From Mytilus californianus (Eukaryota): a DNA stretch of 64,000 nucleotides. Under the pieces are notes generated by a model. That model was not told where the DNA came from and made no database searches. It saw only the letters and a program-made list of their open reading frames with translations. Numbering within the stretch: the first letter of the stretch is position 1; every line of letters starts with the position of its first letter. The DNA is taken from assembly GCF_021869535.1 (NCBI RefSeq), contig NW_026262679.1, forward strand, positions 4,154,001-4,218,000, given 5' to 3'. The position numbers were made by a program, and so were the translations under genes. Positions 22,978 through 36,984 of this stretch are shown one piece after another.

Positions 22978-25305
22978 GAGATGCTTTGTAATGAATGATT
23001 TGCTAGACTCTCTGTTGAACAAGTGGTTTGTGTAAGATGCCTTATTGTGAATAGTTTTTAGGGTCCCTTTGCTTGGCAAGCAATGTTAGAGATGCCTTGT
23101 TATGCATAATGTTAAGAAGATGTCTCCTTCTGAATGGTTTGCTGTCTTTTTGTTGGGAAAGAAGTTTGTGTATGATGCCCTATTTTATGTATTTTTCTAG
23201 TCTCTTTGTTAGGTAAATGATGTGTGTAAGATGTCTAATTATGAATGTTTTGCTAGTCTAGATATTTGACAAATGGCTTGAGTAAGATGTTATAAAAAGA
23301 AGGGTTTGCCAGTCTGTTTTGGGCAAGTGGTTTTTGTGTAAGATGAAGGGAAGTGCAATCATTTAGGATTTATATTCAATTCACATCACCATGTCCTCGA
23401 CCTGATCATATATGGACATTAAACAACAACCCATCCATCAATCTTTACAAGTCACAATAAGTAATTATCCGACTAAAGCTACGAGTTAACAACTTGACGT
23501 TCAGATCCTTGTTAAGGCATTCAATAGAAATTTCACAAATTAATTAATTCAAGAAAACAAGCAGGCAAGTTGAGTAAAATATGAAGGATGGTTAAAAAAA
23601 AACATGCTTATAGAAAATAGAAAATAACTTAAAGCAGGAATTATTCTAGTAATTAGCAGTTTTCATACTTCAAGCAAATATAATTTGAACTGATGCAAAT
23701 CGGTGAGGTTTTTAAATATACTTAGCTTGATTTTTAATTAAAATTTCTCTGTTGTTGGCAACTGATCTTAATTTATCATACTGTTTCATTATTGAAATAG
23801 TCTTTCTTGAAAATCAATAATGTTCAATTTTTTTAATCAATTTATAATAGAGAAGCAGTTTTTAAATATGCTTTATAATCTAAATTTAAATGAAATAATA
23901 TAGGTTATATTTTACAATTACATAAAGTCTTCAAGTTTTATAAGCATTAGCATTAATAAATCTGCAAAAAAACCTTTGTGGCATTAAAAAAATGTTGATT
24001 TCATGATAGGAAATGCATAGATTATTCTTATATCTTGATTTCGTAAGGGATTTTTTTCTCTTTGTTATAAACATTTGCTGATACAAGGCACACAAAATAA
24101 TGCAAAAATTGACAAACACGCAGACCTGCCTCTCTAATATAAAGCGTAGTGAGAAAAAATTTTGTTCAGTTATACATTAAGCCTATGTAACTGCTCTGTC
24201 TAAGCTATGAATATATTATTATTTAATACCAGTTAGAGGAAATAAAATTGGTAGAGCAAAAAGGTAAAAGGAAAGTTAAGACCATCTTAAACTAACATTT
24301 GAATAGAAAATACATTAGGAAAAAACTCACATTAATCCTATTGATACAACTATATACTTTTAGAAATATTCCCATTGAAATAATAAATAAAACAGAAAAT
24401 CAACATTTTCTATCCTTTTCCACTACAGGTAAAAATAAAACAAGCGTAAAATAACAACATTTGTTTGTTTTGTACCTTGTTTTTGTGACTGTACCCAAAT
24501 GCCTTGTTCCCCGATTATAAATCCACCATCAAACATTGCATTAGTGGATATATCATCTAAACTGACTTCTTCATTGCCAGTTCTGTGGTCTGTTAATTAA
24601 ATACGGTAAACAATGCATTATGTGTGTGGATATAGTTGAGTAATCATGGACCCTAGTGAGAATGGATGTCTGTACAGACATTTACCTGGATATGGATGTC
24701 ATCTTTGTAGTAACAGGTATGTAATATTGATTTTGTTATGTAATGTCTTGACATTGTAATCATTACTTTTTATAACAAATCAAGGTGTAAAATGATATTA
24801 AGACAGTTATTAGAATTATATATTTATAGTTTATCCTTAAATATCTAACTTATTATTAAGTCATAGCCTTGCATATTTTTTTTCTAAAAATCTTCCTTTA
24901 CCCATGGAACGGAGCATACAAAAATACTGTACTAATTATGTTTCCATGCTGTTTGATGCATATTTGGGATGGAAAAAGTATTATGCTGCATCAAAATCGC
25001 AACTTAATATTTAATCAAACCTAGAAAGTAGCTATATAAGAAAATATCTGTTAAAAAAATTATTTTCCAGAGGTCAGTTTCCACCCAGGAAACATGAATG
25101 GAAAACTGAATAAAAACCCTCATTTTTGTGAAAAATACGCATATAATGATGTCATATCTTTGTAAATCTGGTATAATTCATTTATATTTCTTACTTTTAG
25201 GCATTTCCCTATATCTTGAGCAAATTTGAAGTAATTCCCAAAACTCCATCTTCTTTGGCCAAATATGGGCCTAAACTACTCCTGATACAGTTGATATAGA
25301 GTTAA

Positions 25306-25564
25306 TACAAGGAATTATTTGAATCTGGAATAATTTTGAATTCTTGAAAATTGATAAGAAATGTATGATGAAAACTAACCCAATTAAGGAGGCTAAGCCA
25401 TCCATGCATGCATGGCTAAGGGCGTTAGTTCATACTGAAATATCAATGAAAGTTACATGATACTTGTGAACCCATGGCTAGCCCTGCTTTAGTTTGGTTA
25501 GTTTTCATCATACATTTCATTTTCTAGAATTCAAAATTATTCCAGATTCAAATAATTCCTTGTT
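25306..25564. mobile_element. Kolobok-like MITE (TTAA TSD, about 75-bp TIRs)
   Basis: TTAA|TACAAGGAATTATTTGAATCTGGAATAATTTTGAATTC... versus ...GAATTCAAAATTATTCCAGATTCAAATAATTCCTTGTT|TTAA. Confidence 0.8.
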
Positions 25565-26204
25565 TTAAGTTCTTTTCTTGCACTTATTTTATTTTATGTT
25601 CTTTTATGTAACTTGTGTTAGCCTAATGATCTAGTAAACCTTTTTCTTTAGAACAAATCTATATATTTATAGGATAAGAAACTTATTAAATTCATTTGTA
25701 TTTCAATATTTCATTTAGGTTTCAAAGTAATTGTCTGAATTCTTGATTTACAAGCACTAACAGTCAAAAGACTAAAACACTGCTGAATCAGCAATGTCAG
25801 AGATACAATTTAGGTTTGAATAATCAAATGCTTTATTATACTAATGCATTCTCTGTAACTGTACAATGCAATGACTGTGCATTTTAGTTTGTTCATACTG
25901 AAATATCAGTGAAAGTAACGTGAACCTTATTAATGGCTAATTAGTTTTTATTTAAACAGGAGGATCTATTCCATCTTACTATATACTTTTCAATATATAT
26001 CAAAAGTTTTACAACTTTTAAATTTCTAATGAATTTAAATTATCAAGAAAGGATGTTTTAGTTACTACAGAACTATCATTTTACTTCTTTGAAAATAATG
26101 TTATATAAAATTTGATGTTCCATGTGGAAGGAGTTCCCGGACTGCAGAATAAAGTATGTCAACAAATCAAGTATCAGGGTAAGGCACGATGAAAACAATC
26201 AGAA

Positions 26205-26702
26205 CTGCTGTCACAGATGATGCCCCCGCTTGTATAAAACTTTATAAAGGGACATAACTCAAGAACGGTAAAAGCGACGATACCCAAATTTGTATTTGAT
26301 TTGAGTTTTGTGGTAATAAGCATTGTGTATAAGTTTCATTATATTTGGTTGAGGCAAACTAAAGCAAGAGAACGGAAACGAAAAATTCAGCAATTTTTCC
26401 ATTTGTAAAGGGGCATAACTCTACAAACTGTAAAAGTGACGCCACCAAAAATCAAACTTGATCTGTGTTTTGTGGTAATAAGCATTGTGCATAAGTTTCA
26501 TAACATTATGTTGAGGCAAACTAAAGTAGGAGAACTGAAACCATTTGTAAAGGGGCATAACTCTAGAACGGTAAAAGTGATGCCACCAAAATTCAAACTT
26601 GATAAGTTTTTTGTGGTAATAAGCATTGTGCATAAGTTTCATAACATTTGGTTGAGGCAAACTAAAGTTAGAGAATGGAAACCAATTTTGGGATGTACAG
26701 AC
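26205..26702 (+). mobile_element. HINE-type element, family A (other copies 29472-30013, 37826-38236, 40862-41405, 42975-43370, 43752-44295, 58490-59058)
   Basis: 5' CACAGATGATGCCCCCGCTTG and about 160-bp tandem units (AAAGGGGCATAACTCTAGAACGGTAAAAGTGACGCCACCAAAATTCAAACTTGATCTG..). Complete copies end with a (GGAC)n tract and AATGCCCCC..GGGGGCATAAAAA. Confidence 0.85.
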
Positions 26703-27682
26703 ATAATAATTTAACTGTGTGCAATTTCGGACTCTTTCAAATGCTTCAAGGAAATTTTGTTGGTTTATAAGAAATTATTGTTTTGAAAATTTGTTAAATG
26801 TATATATCTCTTTCAATTTTGCCTCTACAATCAATTATAAACTTGATTATTTCTTCAAATGAAACAAAAGAACACCATTCCAATGTCTCCTGCAGATGCA
26901 TATATTTTACCTAGCCAAGGGCAATAACTCTAATGTTTATTTTGTTCTTTTCAACTTTTTAATATATATACCTACAAGAAATGTAGGTGCCATTCAGCTT
27001 ACAAGGCAATTTTTCTTATCATTTCTATTTCAAAGGAACATTACTCTTGCAAAAATAGTTGAATATCATTGATTATCAAAAACCTTATTGATATAAACCT
27101 TGACTTAAATTTCATAAAAATCCAACAAGAAATGTAGTCGTGAGAGTGCTTACAATGCAATTTTCCATATAATTTACATTTAAAAAGGACATAATTCCAG
27201 TAAAAATAGTTAATCAGCACTGATTTTTGGCCTCTTCCAAGGCCTTTCTGATATAAACCTTTAGTATAAATTTCATAAAACTATGACAATTCTTTCCATA
27301 AAATTTACATTTCCAATGAGATATGATTTTTGGACTGGTCCAAGTCAATGATGATATAAACCTTCAGTATCAATTTTATAAAACTCCTAAAAGCAATGTA
27401 GGCTTGAGCGCGCTTACAATGCAATTTTTATGTGGGGAATAATTTCTCTAAAAATAGTTAATGGGCACTGATTTTTGAACTTCTCAGAGACACATCGCTG
27501 ATATAAATTTCATTTAAAATCTGGCAAGAACTGTTTGTGTGAGAGTAATTACAAGACTGAAGGGACAGACATCCAGTATTTCTTTGTCCACAGCACTGTA
27601 TTCATCAGCTAGATGTCTATGTTACAAGTCTGTATTGTGCTGATAGCTGGCACACCTGTAAATAGTAATAATGTAACCTCAC

Positions 27683-27941
27683 CTGTAAATATTATTTCTG
27701 GTATTTTGTCATTATTTTGCTGATGATGATGATGATTATGATGGTTAGTCATATGTTGAGCAGAATTGATTCCTCTCCGTGAGGAGTTAAGATTAATTAA
27801 GTCTATTTGCTGAGGATGGAAATACGAGGGCTGTTGCTGCTGATGTAAGCCCATGGCCTGTGACATTATGATAGAATTCTGCTGTGATATTCCATTCTGA
27901 TGTAATGATGTTTCTATTGTATTGTAATGGTTATCAGGTGA
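27683..27941 (-). CDS. CRTC: CRTC coding exon (Q/H-rich, ends in PEIIFT)
   Basis: TTTCTTTTTCAG|TCA at 27941 (phase 0) and ACAG|GTGAGG at 27683 (phase 1), 259 nt. Encodes SPDNHYNTIETSLHQNGISQQNSIIMSQAMGLHQQQQPSYFHPQQ...NDKIPEIIFTG; compare PNIILT in vertebrate CRTCs. Confidence 0.92.
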
Positions 27942-30696
27942 CTGAAAAAGAAAAAAAAATCAATCAAGTTCAACAAATAACAGTGAAACCTGTCTAAACT
28001 GAACCACTTAAAGTTTGTTATAATTAGACGGGTGGTAAGTATATGCAGGTGAATTTATTAAAGAATAATCACTGTACTCCCAAGATTGATTTCAGACAGA
28101 TATCTGTTTACACAAGTTAGACTGTATATCAAAGCATTCTATTTCTACAATGGAAGGAATTATTTCATTTCTTTGTCACTATTTTGGCATTGCAGTCAAA
28201 AGTAAGATGCTGTATAAGTTTCACAAAGTCTGTCAGGGGGTTCAGGAGCAGTAGCGGATACAAAAGCGGGAAGGAGGGACGAACAGAAAAATGGATGCAC
28301 TTCTTCATCACTATATCCCTCCCACTACAGAAATCAGGGTATAAAACTTTCTTATGACTTGGGTTCTATGCTATATTGATGATGATGGAGATAGTTGTTA
28401 ATGTTACACAGCAATATAAATCACATTATACAATTAACTATGGACATTCTAAAACAATAGTAGAAAAGCGTTAAAATGAATTAAATATAATAAAATGAAA
28501 CATTCCAAGAACAATTCCAACTGTGTGTTATGAGATATGTAATGTATCATAACAGGTACTATTTTCAGGTATATATAAGGAATAAATCTCAATCGTACTC
28601 CAACATTTCAAACTTCCACCTACATTAACATTTATATCAGGTCAGTATTACTTGGTAACCTTTTGTGTGACATTTTATGAACTACAATAATGATTTATCA
28701 TATCATCATAATTTTACTTGAATATATACATATATCACTTTCCAAAAATAGCTTCATTTACATTGTTACTGTTCCATTAAGACAGAACCTATATGTAGTA
28801 ACAAAACAAACACATATGGCTTCAAGGCAATAATTACTTCTAAATAGAGCATTTAATATTGAAACTTAATTGTATCATTTATCTGTTTTGTTTCAGGCTA
28901 AAAAGAATAAATTATCTAGCATTAAGGTATTATTATCAAGATTAATCAAATCTAAGAGATCAAGCGATCACAATGTTCAATCGTCACTTTAGTTGAAGGT
29001 CAGTTACAATATTTTTTTTTTGTCTAGATCATTCTCTGATGAACAGAGGTAATTGATTGAAATGAGATTGACAAATCAAACACACCTACAACATGATTGT
29101 GAATTTGCTTATAATTGACACTAGATTTTAAATCTAGATTGAAAGAATATTTTAAAATTGACTTGTAAAACTGGTTTCACAATGTTTATATACTGTCCCT
29201 ACTTTTGATTGACTCTCTGCTTAACAATTGACTATTAATAAAGCATTAATGAAGGTAGTACCTTAGCTAATAACTATTCCATGGTTCAGCTTAGCTGTGG
29301 AATTGTAGCTCTTAGGTCCTTAGGACCACTTGACAAATTGTCAAAAAATATCATAAGGATGTAACAGCTAGTTCCACAGCTAGGTTCAGCTAGCAAGCAA
29401 GCTAACCAAAGATACTACTTTTACCTACACACTCATCCATGTGTTGTAAAAATCTGTTTCATTTAAATTTCAAATAATAAATGTGGATAGTGTCCACATG
29501 TGGACACAGATGATGCCCCCGCTTGCATATCATATAGTTATAAAGGGACATAACTGAAGAACGGTAAAAGTGACGCTACCCAAATTTGAACTTGATCTGA
29601 CTTTTGTGGTAATAAGCATTGTGTGGAAGTCTCATAACATTTGGTTAAGGCTAACTTAAGTAGAGAACAGAAACTAAAATTCAGCAATTTTCTATTTGTA
29701 AACATGCATAACTCTAGAACGGTTGTGTATAAGTATTAAGACAAACTTAAGCTAGAGAACGGAAACGAAAAATTCAGCAATTTTCATGTTTATAAAGGGA
29801 CATAACTCAAGAATGGTAAAAGTGTTGCCACCAAATTTCGTACTTAATCTGTATTATGTAGTAATAAGCATTGTGTATAAGTTTCATAACATTTGGTTTA
29901 GGCAAACTCAAGTTAGAGAACGGAAACCAATTTTGGGACGTACAGACGGACGTATGTACAGACGGACAAGGGTAAAACTTAATGCCCCCACCGCTATGGT
30001 GGGGGCATAAAAATGTGTTGTTACAACACTGTAATAAGTAAAGGAGGGTTGAGGGCTCACAAAATAGGTTAACCCCGCCATATTCTTCATGACCAACGTT
30101 TAGTAAAGACGAGTATGCATAATCTAGTGGTTGCCGTTGGTTGCTGTGTTCCATATTTATTTTTTTGTTTGTAGTATATTAAAGCAAGCCATTGGTTTTC
30201 TTTTTTCAATTGTTTCAGATTTAATCATATTATTTATATAGCTTTTTTAAGCTTACTATTTAGTATGGGATTTGCTCATTGTTCAAGGCCGTAGTGACCT
30301 GCAATTTTTCTGTCCTTTGGTTTTATGGTTAGTTAATTAGTAATCATAACACTTCTCGTTGTTTTGTTTAACCTCAAAATTTAGCCACATTTTCCACATT
30401 TATACACCATCTCCTTTGTAAAATCTATTTCTTCTTTTCTATTTTAATAACATATGAATTAATAATCATGAAGATTGCATCATGATGTATTCTTGAATTG
30501 TGAAACCATATAAGTGTATAGAGGTTAATCTTTTTTTCACAATGAACTCATTAACATTTCATAAATTGGTTTCTGAGTCAAAAGGAATACATTTTAAACA
30601 ATTATTAAATAGAATATGTGCTTGATAATATACAGGTAAACTTTAACACCCTTATATTGCACAAAATTGAAAGACTCTTACGGTATTGTTACTTAC

Positions 30697-30906
30697 CATG
30701 TTAAATTGTTCAAACTGATGTTGTAACGCATTTGTTTGATGTTGTTGCTGCTGAAGCTGAAAATTATCTACAAACGGTGAATTACTATTCCATGACGGCG
30801 TAAGACCAGGTGACTGTGAAGGAGAATATGATGTTTGAGACCGTGGTGATGTGGGCGATTGGCAGTTGGAATCAGAAACACTGTTTCTATAGTGGGATAA
30901 TGATGG
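30697..30906 (-). CDS. CRTC: CRTC coding exon (not in ORF track)
   Basis: TTTTTTTTTAG|CCA at 30906 and ATG|GTAAGT at 30697, 210 nt, phase 0-0. Encodes PSLSHYRNSVSDSNCQSPTSPRSQTSYSPSQSPGLTPSWNSNSPFVDNFQLQQQQHQTNALQHQFEQFNM. The AL.HQ.EQFNM motif is a CRTC hallmark. Confidence 0.93.
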
Positions 30907-32389
30907 CTAAAAAAAAAGTAAAGAAATTTAAAATTCTATAAAAACAAAAGCTATGGTCTTGTTAAATACATTTTGACCATATTAAAATTTATAATGCATG
31001 TAATATAGAATCTTAGCATGGAATAACCAGACCTGTGAAATAACATTTGTTATTTTGACCACTTGCAGGTGAAGCATTATGATTGAAACAATGCCAAATT
31101 GTTTAATGTTTATGTTTTATAAGAAGTTAGCCCATGAGGACCATTAGTATTTCATGAAAGCTTTTTTGTAACTGCATTGCCTTTCATAGATGGATTTCGT
31201 CCTGAATATGCATGAAATATTTGCCACAGTATGTTAAGCAACCAACAATCAATCAATCATTCATAGATGGATTAGTTGTTGATGGTCAGAGGGCCTGTTT
31301 CGGTGTTAGAAACTTTTGACCATTACTAATATTCTGTTTAACTTTTAACTCGTTGCTCATTGTAGAAAGATCAATGGTGTTATTTCTAGTATTCATTTTT
31401 TGGATACAGTTCATTCTTTTATAAGTATAACCCATTTTTCTTGCTCTATTTTTTTGTGGATTTTTATCCATTGGCCTGAGATGTCACCATTATGAATATG
31501 CCATTGCCACTAAGTTGCATCATAAAATATAATGGTCTGCCTAAACTAATGAAGACTGTTTCTAATAAGTAGCTGTATCCTTATTAAGAATTTATAAACC
31601 TATCTAAGATAAAAAAAAAATCTGTTTTAATATAATCTGAACAAAATCTTCATTTCAAAGGTGTTAAAATGGTGACAGTTACGGTAATGAGAAATAGAAT
31701 ACACAGAAGTGATAAAGTTTGTTACTAGGATTCCTGAATATGTAAAAGTGTAAGATATGCAACTTTAGGGAATTTTCTATCTGACAGTAGTATTCATAAA
31801 AATTTCGTTAACACAACTCTTATATATATTGTTTTTTTATGTATGACACTGATGTAAGCAACAACACTTATTAATAGATCATGAGAACCCTCGTACCTAA
31901 TATTTTGTGTGAACAATAAACACTTCTGAACAACATATTTTTAAATCTGAAATATCTACAAGTAAAATAACAAAAATAAAGCATGCTTCAAAGAAACAAA
32001 TATATATATACAACATAAATAAGTGTTCCAGATAAAGATTGCATGATTTAAAGTCTGATCCACATACAAGAAATGTTTGACTTCAGCTGTCATGAACTAT
32101 TGAAATGATTACATTGAATCAGGATTCTGGTCATTGTTGTATATTTATTTCTGTAAAACTGTTCAGTAATGTCCTTAAAAAAATTCCATAAAACTGATGT
32201 TAACTAAAATCAGAACATTACATCTGGAGAAGACATTATTAAGTTGTAAAACTTGTGTCTCATCCATTTGTTTAGTTTCTGAACAATAAAATATGTTTAA
32301 ACTAAAAAAACGTGTACTATTTTTTCCAAATAATTCATAAAATCAATGAAGGGAGGCAGAGATTATCTGGAACACTATGAGTTACTAAC

Positions 32390-32605
32390 CTCGGTATCAT
32401 TTTGGTCACATGCAGTTACACAAACTTGTGGCACCCTAGACCCCTGCTGTATATGATTGGATGAAGGAGATGGGTGTGACTGAGATACTTGGGGGTTGGG
32501 GTGTTGGGAGGCTCCATGCCTCTGCTGCTGCTGAAGGTGGTACAATAATTGCTGCTGCCTAATGCGGGGATCCAGCGGCAGTTGTGTAGGGTCAGGGTTC
32601 ACAAC
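32390..32605 (-). CDS. CRTC: CRTC coding exon (Q/P-rich)
   Basis: TTGACCTTTAG|GTT at 32605 and GAG|GTTAGT at 32390, 216 nt, phase 0-0. Encodes VVNPDPTQLPLDPRIRQQQLLYHLQQQQRHG...RVPQVCVTACDQNDTE. Confidence 0.9.
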
Positions 32606-32687
32606 CTAAAGGTCAAACAAAACACACACAAAATACTACAACGAATACTACAACAAGGATGGATACAGGTTTGATATTATATGAATA

Positions 32688-32855
32688 CTGTGGATTCATT
32701 CACCCTTGCGGATACCAATTTCCTCTGATTGAGGATTGTTAACTTTCGTCAATATTTCAATTTGTAGTTTTGCCAAATTCTACATGCAAGTCTGTATGTA
32801 AACAATATATACTTTGTGGAAAATTGGTACCCCATGAATAATTATGGATCCACAA
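32688..32855. mobile_element. Tc1/mariner-type MITE with TA TSD (related copies 35143-35349, 39359-39575, 44660-44860)
   Basis: TA|CTGTGGATTCATT...ATGGATCCACAA|TA here. The copies at 35143 and 44660 read TA|CTGTAAATTCA(G/A)AAATTATTG...CAATAATTTCT(G/T)AAT..ACA(G/C)|TA. The 35143 copy is nested inside the family E element. Confidence 0.65.
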
Positions 32856-35800
32856 TACAAGTTTTAATTTTTCAGCAAAGAAGACTGTTCAAAATGAAAA
32901 ATATTTCACAACCAAAGTTAGCTTAGAAAAATATATATCAGCATGCATCCATCTTTGCAAACTTAAAATAATCAGTGCAAACATAATACACAATAAAAGG
33001 CTATTATTTATTTTCCATATAAAAGCACCCAATTCATTCTCATATAATTAAGAAATGCTGTAATAAACTGCTAAAATATTAGTGAATTGATATTAAATGA
33101 TTTTATTGAGACTTTGTAGAATGAAACAAAAATAACCAATTTAGGAATTTAAATTTCAAATGATACATCACTCTGTCCTTAATTTTTAACTATATATATT
33201 CAAAAAAATAAGGTTTATCCTTCTGAATTTAAATTTCCAATGTTTTTATTACATAGAGTTTTAAAATATTTATGTGCATTTCAGTAATTGAAACCTGCAC
33301 TAAAAGCTAGGTTTTAGTTTTCATTTTCATTGTACCAGCAAACAAAACTAATCAATTTTAACATGTCATACATTATGGTAAGAGTGAAGAATTTATGAAC
33401 ATTATTAGTTTCAAAATACAAGCTCAAAAGGTCGTAAATTTCTGATAATCGATGAGATAAAAAGACTACCAATGTGTAGTTATTTATCAAAGGAATCTTT
33501 TTATACATAATGTATCCATATAGGGCATGGATTTAACACAGCCTCAGTTACACCTGACTTAGTGGACAGCTTGTTTTGTTTTCATCTGAAGGAATACTTT
33601 CAAAAAAGATTCCTTGTAATATAAAGAGTTGACTAACAAGCCTTTGACCAATGGTAGCCTGTTAATCATCATGCAGTGGATTTCAATCATAAAACAAATT
33701 AGGGATGAATTTAACTGACAACATTCACTAACATACGATTACAACAAAACAGGTTGGCTGGTATAAATATAATTAATCATTCATGGAAGAATATGACTAA
33801 ATAGAATTATAGGCCATACAAGCTTGTTTATTTGTTTCTCAGATTTATATAACTAAAGGAAATATAGGCCAACAATGCCTGGTTATCTCGTTCTCAGAAA
33901 AAAATAACTGTAAGGAAATAAAGGCCTTATAAGCTTGCTTATCTGATTCTCAGAACAATATATCTATAAGAAAATAAAGGCCATACAAGCTTGCTTATCT
34001 GTTTCTCAGACCAATATTACTATGAGAAAATGAAGTCCAATCTCTTTCTCAGACATATTTTAACATCAAATGGAAAATCACTTTTAGTGAACTTGTTTCT
34101 GCATATCAGTAATAAAAAGGGATCATCTTTAGTTTGGAGTAATTTCCTTTACAAATTAATTTTGTTGTTTGATTTTTGTCCACTGTCAGTAAATTAAGAA
34201 TTTATACTCATTCATTGTAAATAATTTTGAAAATATTTTGCAACTCTTAGGCATCTTTTTAAGTATTTTCAATAAATCTCAATAATTCTATTCATAATAT
34301 TTCTGAAAATACATGTCAAATGCAAATATTTTATAGCTATTAATATTCCTTTTAACCATTTAAATATAAATATCATATTTAAAGCATAAAACTCAGGCGA
34401 TTAATTATCACACCAAAAACCTTGATTTCAAATTATGCAAAAATATTTTTTCAAAAACAGGAAAATAATGACATATAACTTTGTCATAGAAACTATATCC
34501 ATATATATGCAGATATGACTTCCCTTATCAACGTTTCAAATTTTTTTGAATATGAATCTTTTTATATTTCAAACAATGTGTACACTAGGTTTACAACAAT
34601 AAGCATGTAACTTAATGAAATGATATCTTTAACAGTATTAATCTAACTATGGTCATATATTTTGACAACAGCAATATCTAACTTCATAGAAAACCAAACA
34701 TACAAATAATTCAATACTTTTATTTCAAGCATTAATAAACTATTGACACAGAGATATGTCTCGCTTATATGTAAATTTTTAGTATAATGCAAATATTAAA
34801 ATTAAAATGGCAATACTTTAACATGGAAACCATGCAAAACATTCAAGTAAATGAATAATGACTGAAGGTGGAGGACCAAATAATCTCTGTGGCAATGAGA
34901 AATGACAATGCTAATACAACTGCATACAAAATATCGTTGACTAATTATAAGTTGTTCCATTCAAGCTGACCTAAACTCTTAAACTTTTACTTGTAAACTA
35001 AGCAAAAGTTGCAAAGTCAATAGACCATGACTGAAGGGCAGAGCCAAATAACATCCATGGAAATGCTATAAATATAACTGCATATTAAGTATGATTGACC
35101 TTTGAATAGTGTTTACCTATTAACTGACCTAATCACAAACTACTGTAAATTCAAAAATTATTGCATGCATTTATTATTGCGATTTTGTCATTTAAGACTA
35201 AAATGCGATTCTAATTTTTGCGATATTGAGAAAAATCCTGTTTAAATTCATATAAAATATTTCAAAATGCGAGTTTAAATTATTGCGTTTATAACCCTGT
35301 CGCATTTTTCGCAATAATAAAAACATCACAATAATTTCTGAATTTACACTAATACATTGTGATGCTGCAGAAACAACACACATAAGTATCTTTTTCTTAA
35401 TTTTGTTGAGGTGAGACAAAAAGTTCTGTGAATTCATTAATATTGTCCGAATACTTATTTGTGTGGATTTCAAAGATACAAGAAAATCAAAACAACAAAT
35501 TTAAGAACTTGATAAAATACAAATCACAAGTCTTTTAATTAGAGAAAATTGTACCCACCTACAATAAAAGAATCCAGAGTATAATTGTGGCTACAGCAAA
35601 CAGCAATATTGAATCTGACTTGATATACAAGAGACACCCACTGAATTATTACTATTAAGTGTGGTATATGGGATAAGTAAAACTGACACTTTTCTGATGC
35701 TACATCTGCCACTGACCAACAATAATGTCTCTGATAAATAAAACCATGACAATATTATTTCTACACTGAATAAAACCATGACAATATTGTTACATACACT

Positions 35801-35865
35801 GAATATAAAACCATGACAATATTGTTACTTACACTGAATAAAACCATGACAATATTGTTACTTAC

Positions 35866-36193
35866 ACTGCCTGGTGGAGAGTGTGGCATTCTCATTTGAG
35901 GAGACTGAGGTCCACCACTCAACACAAGTGGACTAGGATGGCCACCTGGCCTTCGCCTTTGGTTGGGGCTCTGTTGTGTAGGACTACCAGGCTGAGGGCA
36001 CATACCCTGCATGTGAGCACTTGTGGGAGAAAGATTTCCCTGAGAACAGCCATAAGCTTCTTCAGCATCAATTGGTGTTGTAAGAGGTGACTGGAAATGG
36101 ACTACAGTTAAATCTGGCAATGAACCAGTATTACTGGTGATTGGAAGGTGAGTCATTTGTCCTATATGATTTTCTTCTTCTGTTGGATAAATG
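35866..36193 (-). CDS. CRTC: CRTC coding exon containing the GSLPDL regulatory motif
   Basis: CTGCTTTTAG|CATT at 36193 (phase 2) and AGT|GTAAGT at 35866, 328 nt. Encodes (N)IYPTEEENHIGQMTHLPITSNTGSLPDLTVVHFQSPLTTPIDAEE...PHSPPGS, matching vertebrate IFPS...NTGGSLPDLTN.HFP.PL.TP.D.EE. Confidence 0.95.
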
Positions 36194-36984
36194 CTAAAAG
36201 CAGAATAAAATTTTAAGGAAATTATCTACTTTTCACCAGAAAAAATAAATTTACAATTCATTAAAATCATGGCTTTACAAAATATTTTAAGTATAAATAT
36301 TGCTCTTCATGATCAAGTCATGAGAAAAAAACACACACAAAAAAGATACAACAATGTAAAAATATATTGTGTATGCACACCAGGAAATACATGTATCTTG
36401 TGGTCACCGGTCTCTCTTATTTCCTCGTCTGGCAAGTTCTAAATGTATTTGTTTGCTTATTTTTTCTTAGCCTCTGTGACATATTTACAAATGTTAAGAT
36501 CCTAACATTTTCAAACTGTTTACATATTATAATAAAATATAATATTACACAATTCTTTTCAATTTTCACCATCTTTTGTTGATTAGAGGTGATCTGCACT
36601 CGTGATTCATGTACTGTATGTACGTATGTATGCCCTCTGGCATTAAAAACTCTTAATTGCGTAAACATCAATCTTAAATCCTTCCAATGAGGAAACACAG
36701 TAATATTTATATCATATAAATTGTGGTCTTTGAAAGTTAATTCCAAATCCAAGGAGTGCATCTGTCTAAAAACTTCCACAATAGATTAACATTAAATCAT
36801 CCTCTACTTTGTAGGTAATAACATTACATTCCTTAGAGGATGATGACAAATTTACAGGCAAAAACACAATTTATGATCAAAGTTGTGTAAGAAGTAATAT
36901 TTCCTAGTTTTATCATTAATATTAACCAAATCAGATATAAAACATCTATAAGCACCAATCATAAACCACATTCTATTTTTAGAT

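Noticed and set aside
35761-35865. ORF-track extension of the GSLPDL exon (VSNNIVMVLFSVSNNIVMVLYSV...)
   Set aside because: This is read-through into the intronic 33-bp repeat. It is treated only as a possible alternative donor, not as constitutive CDS.
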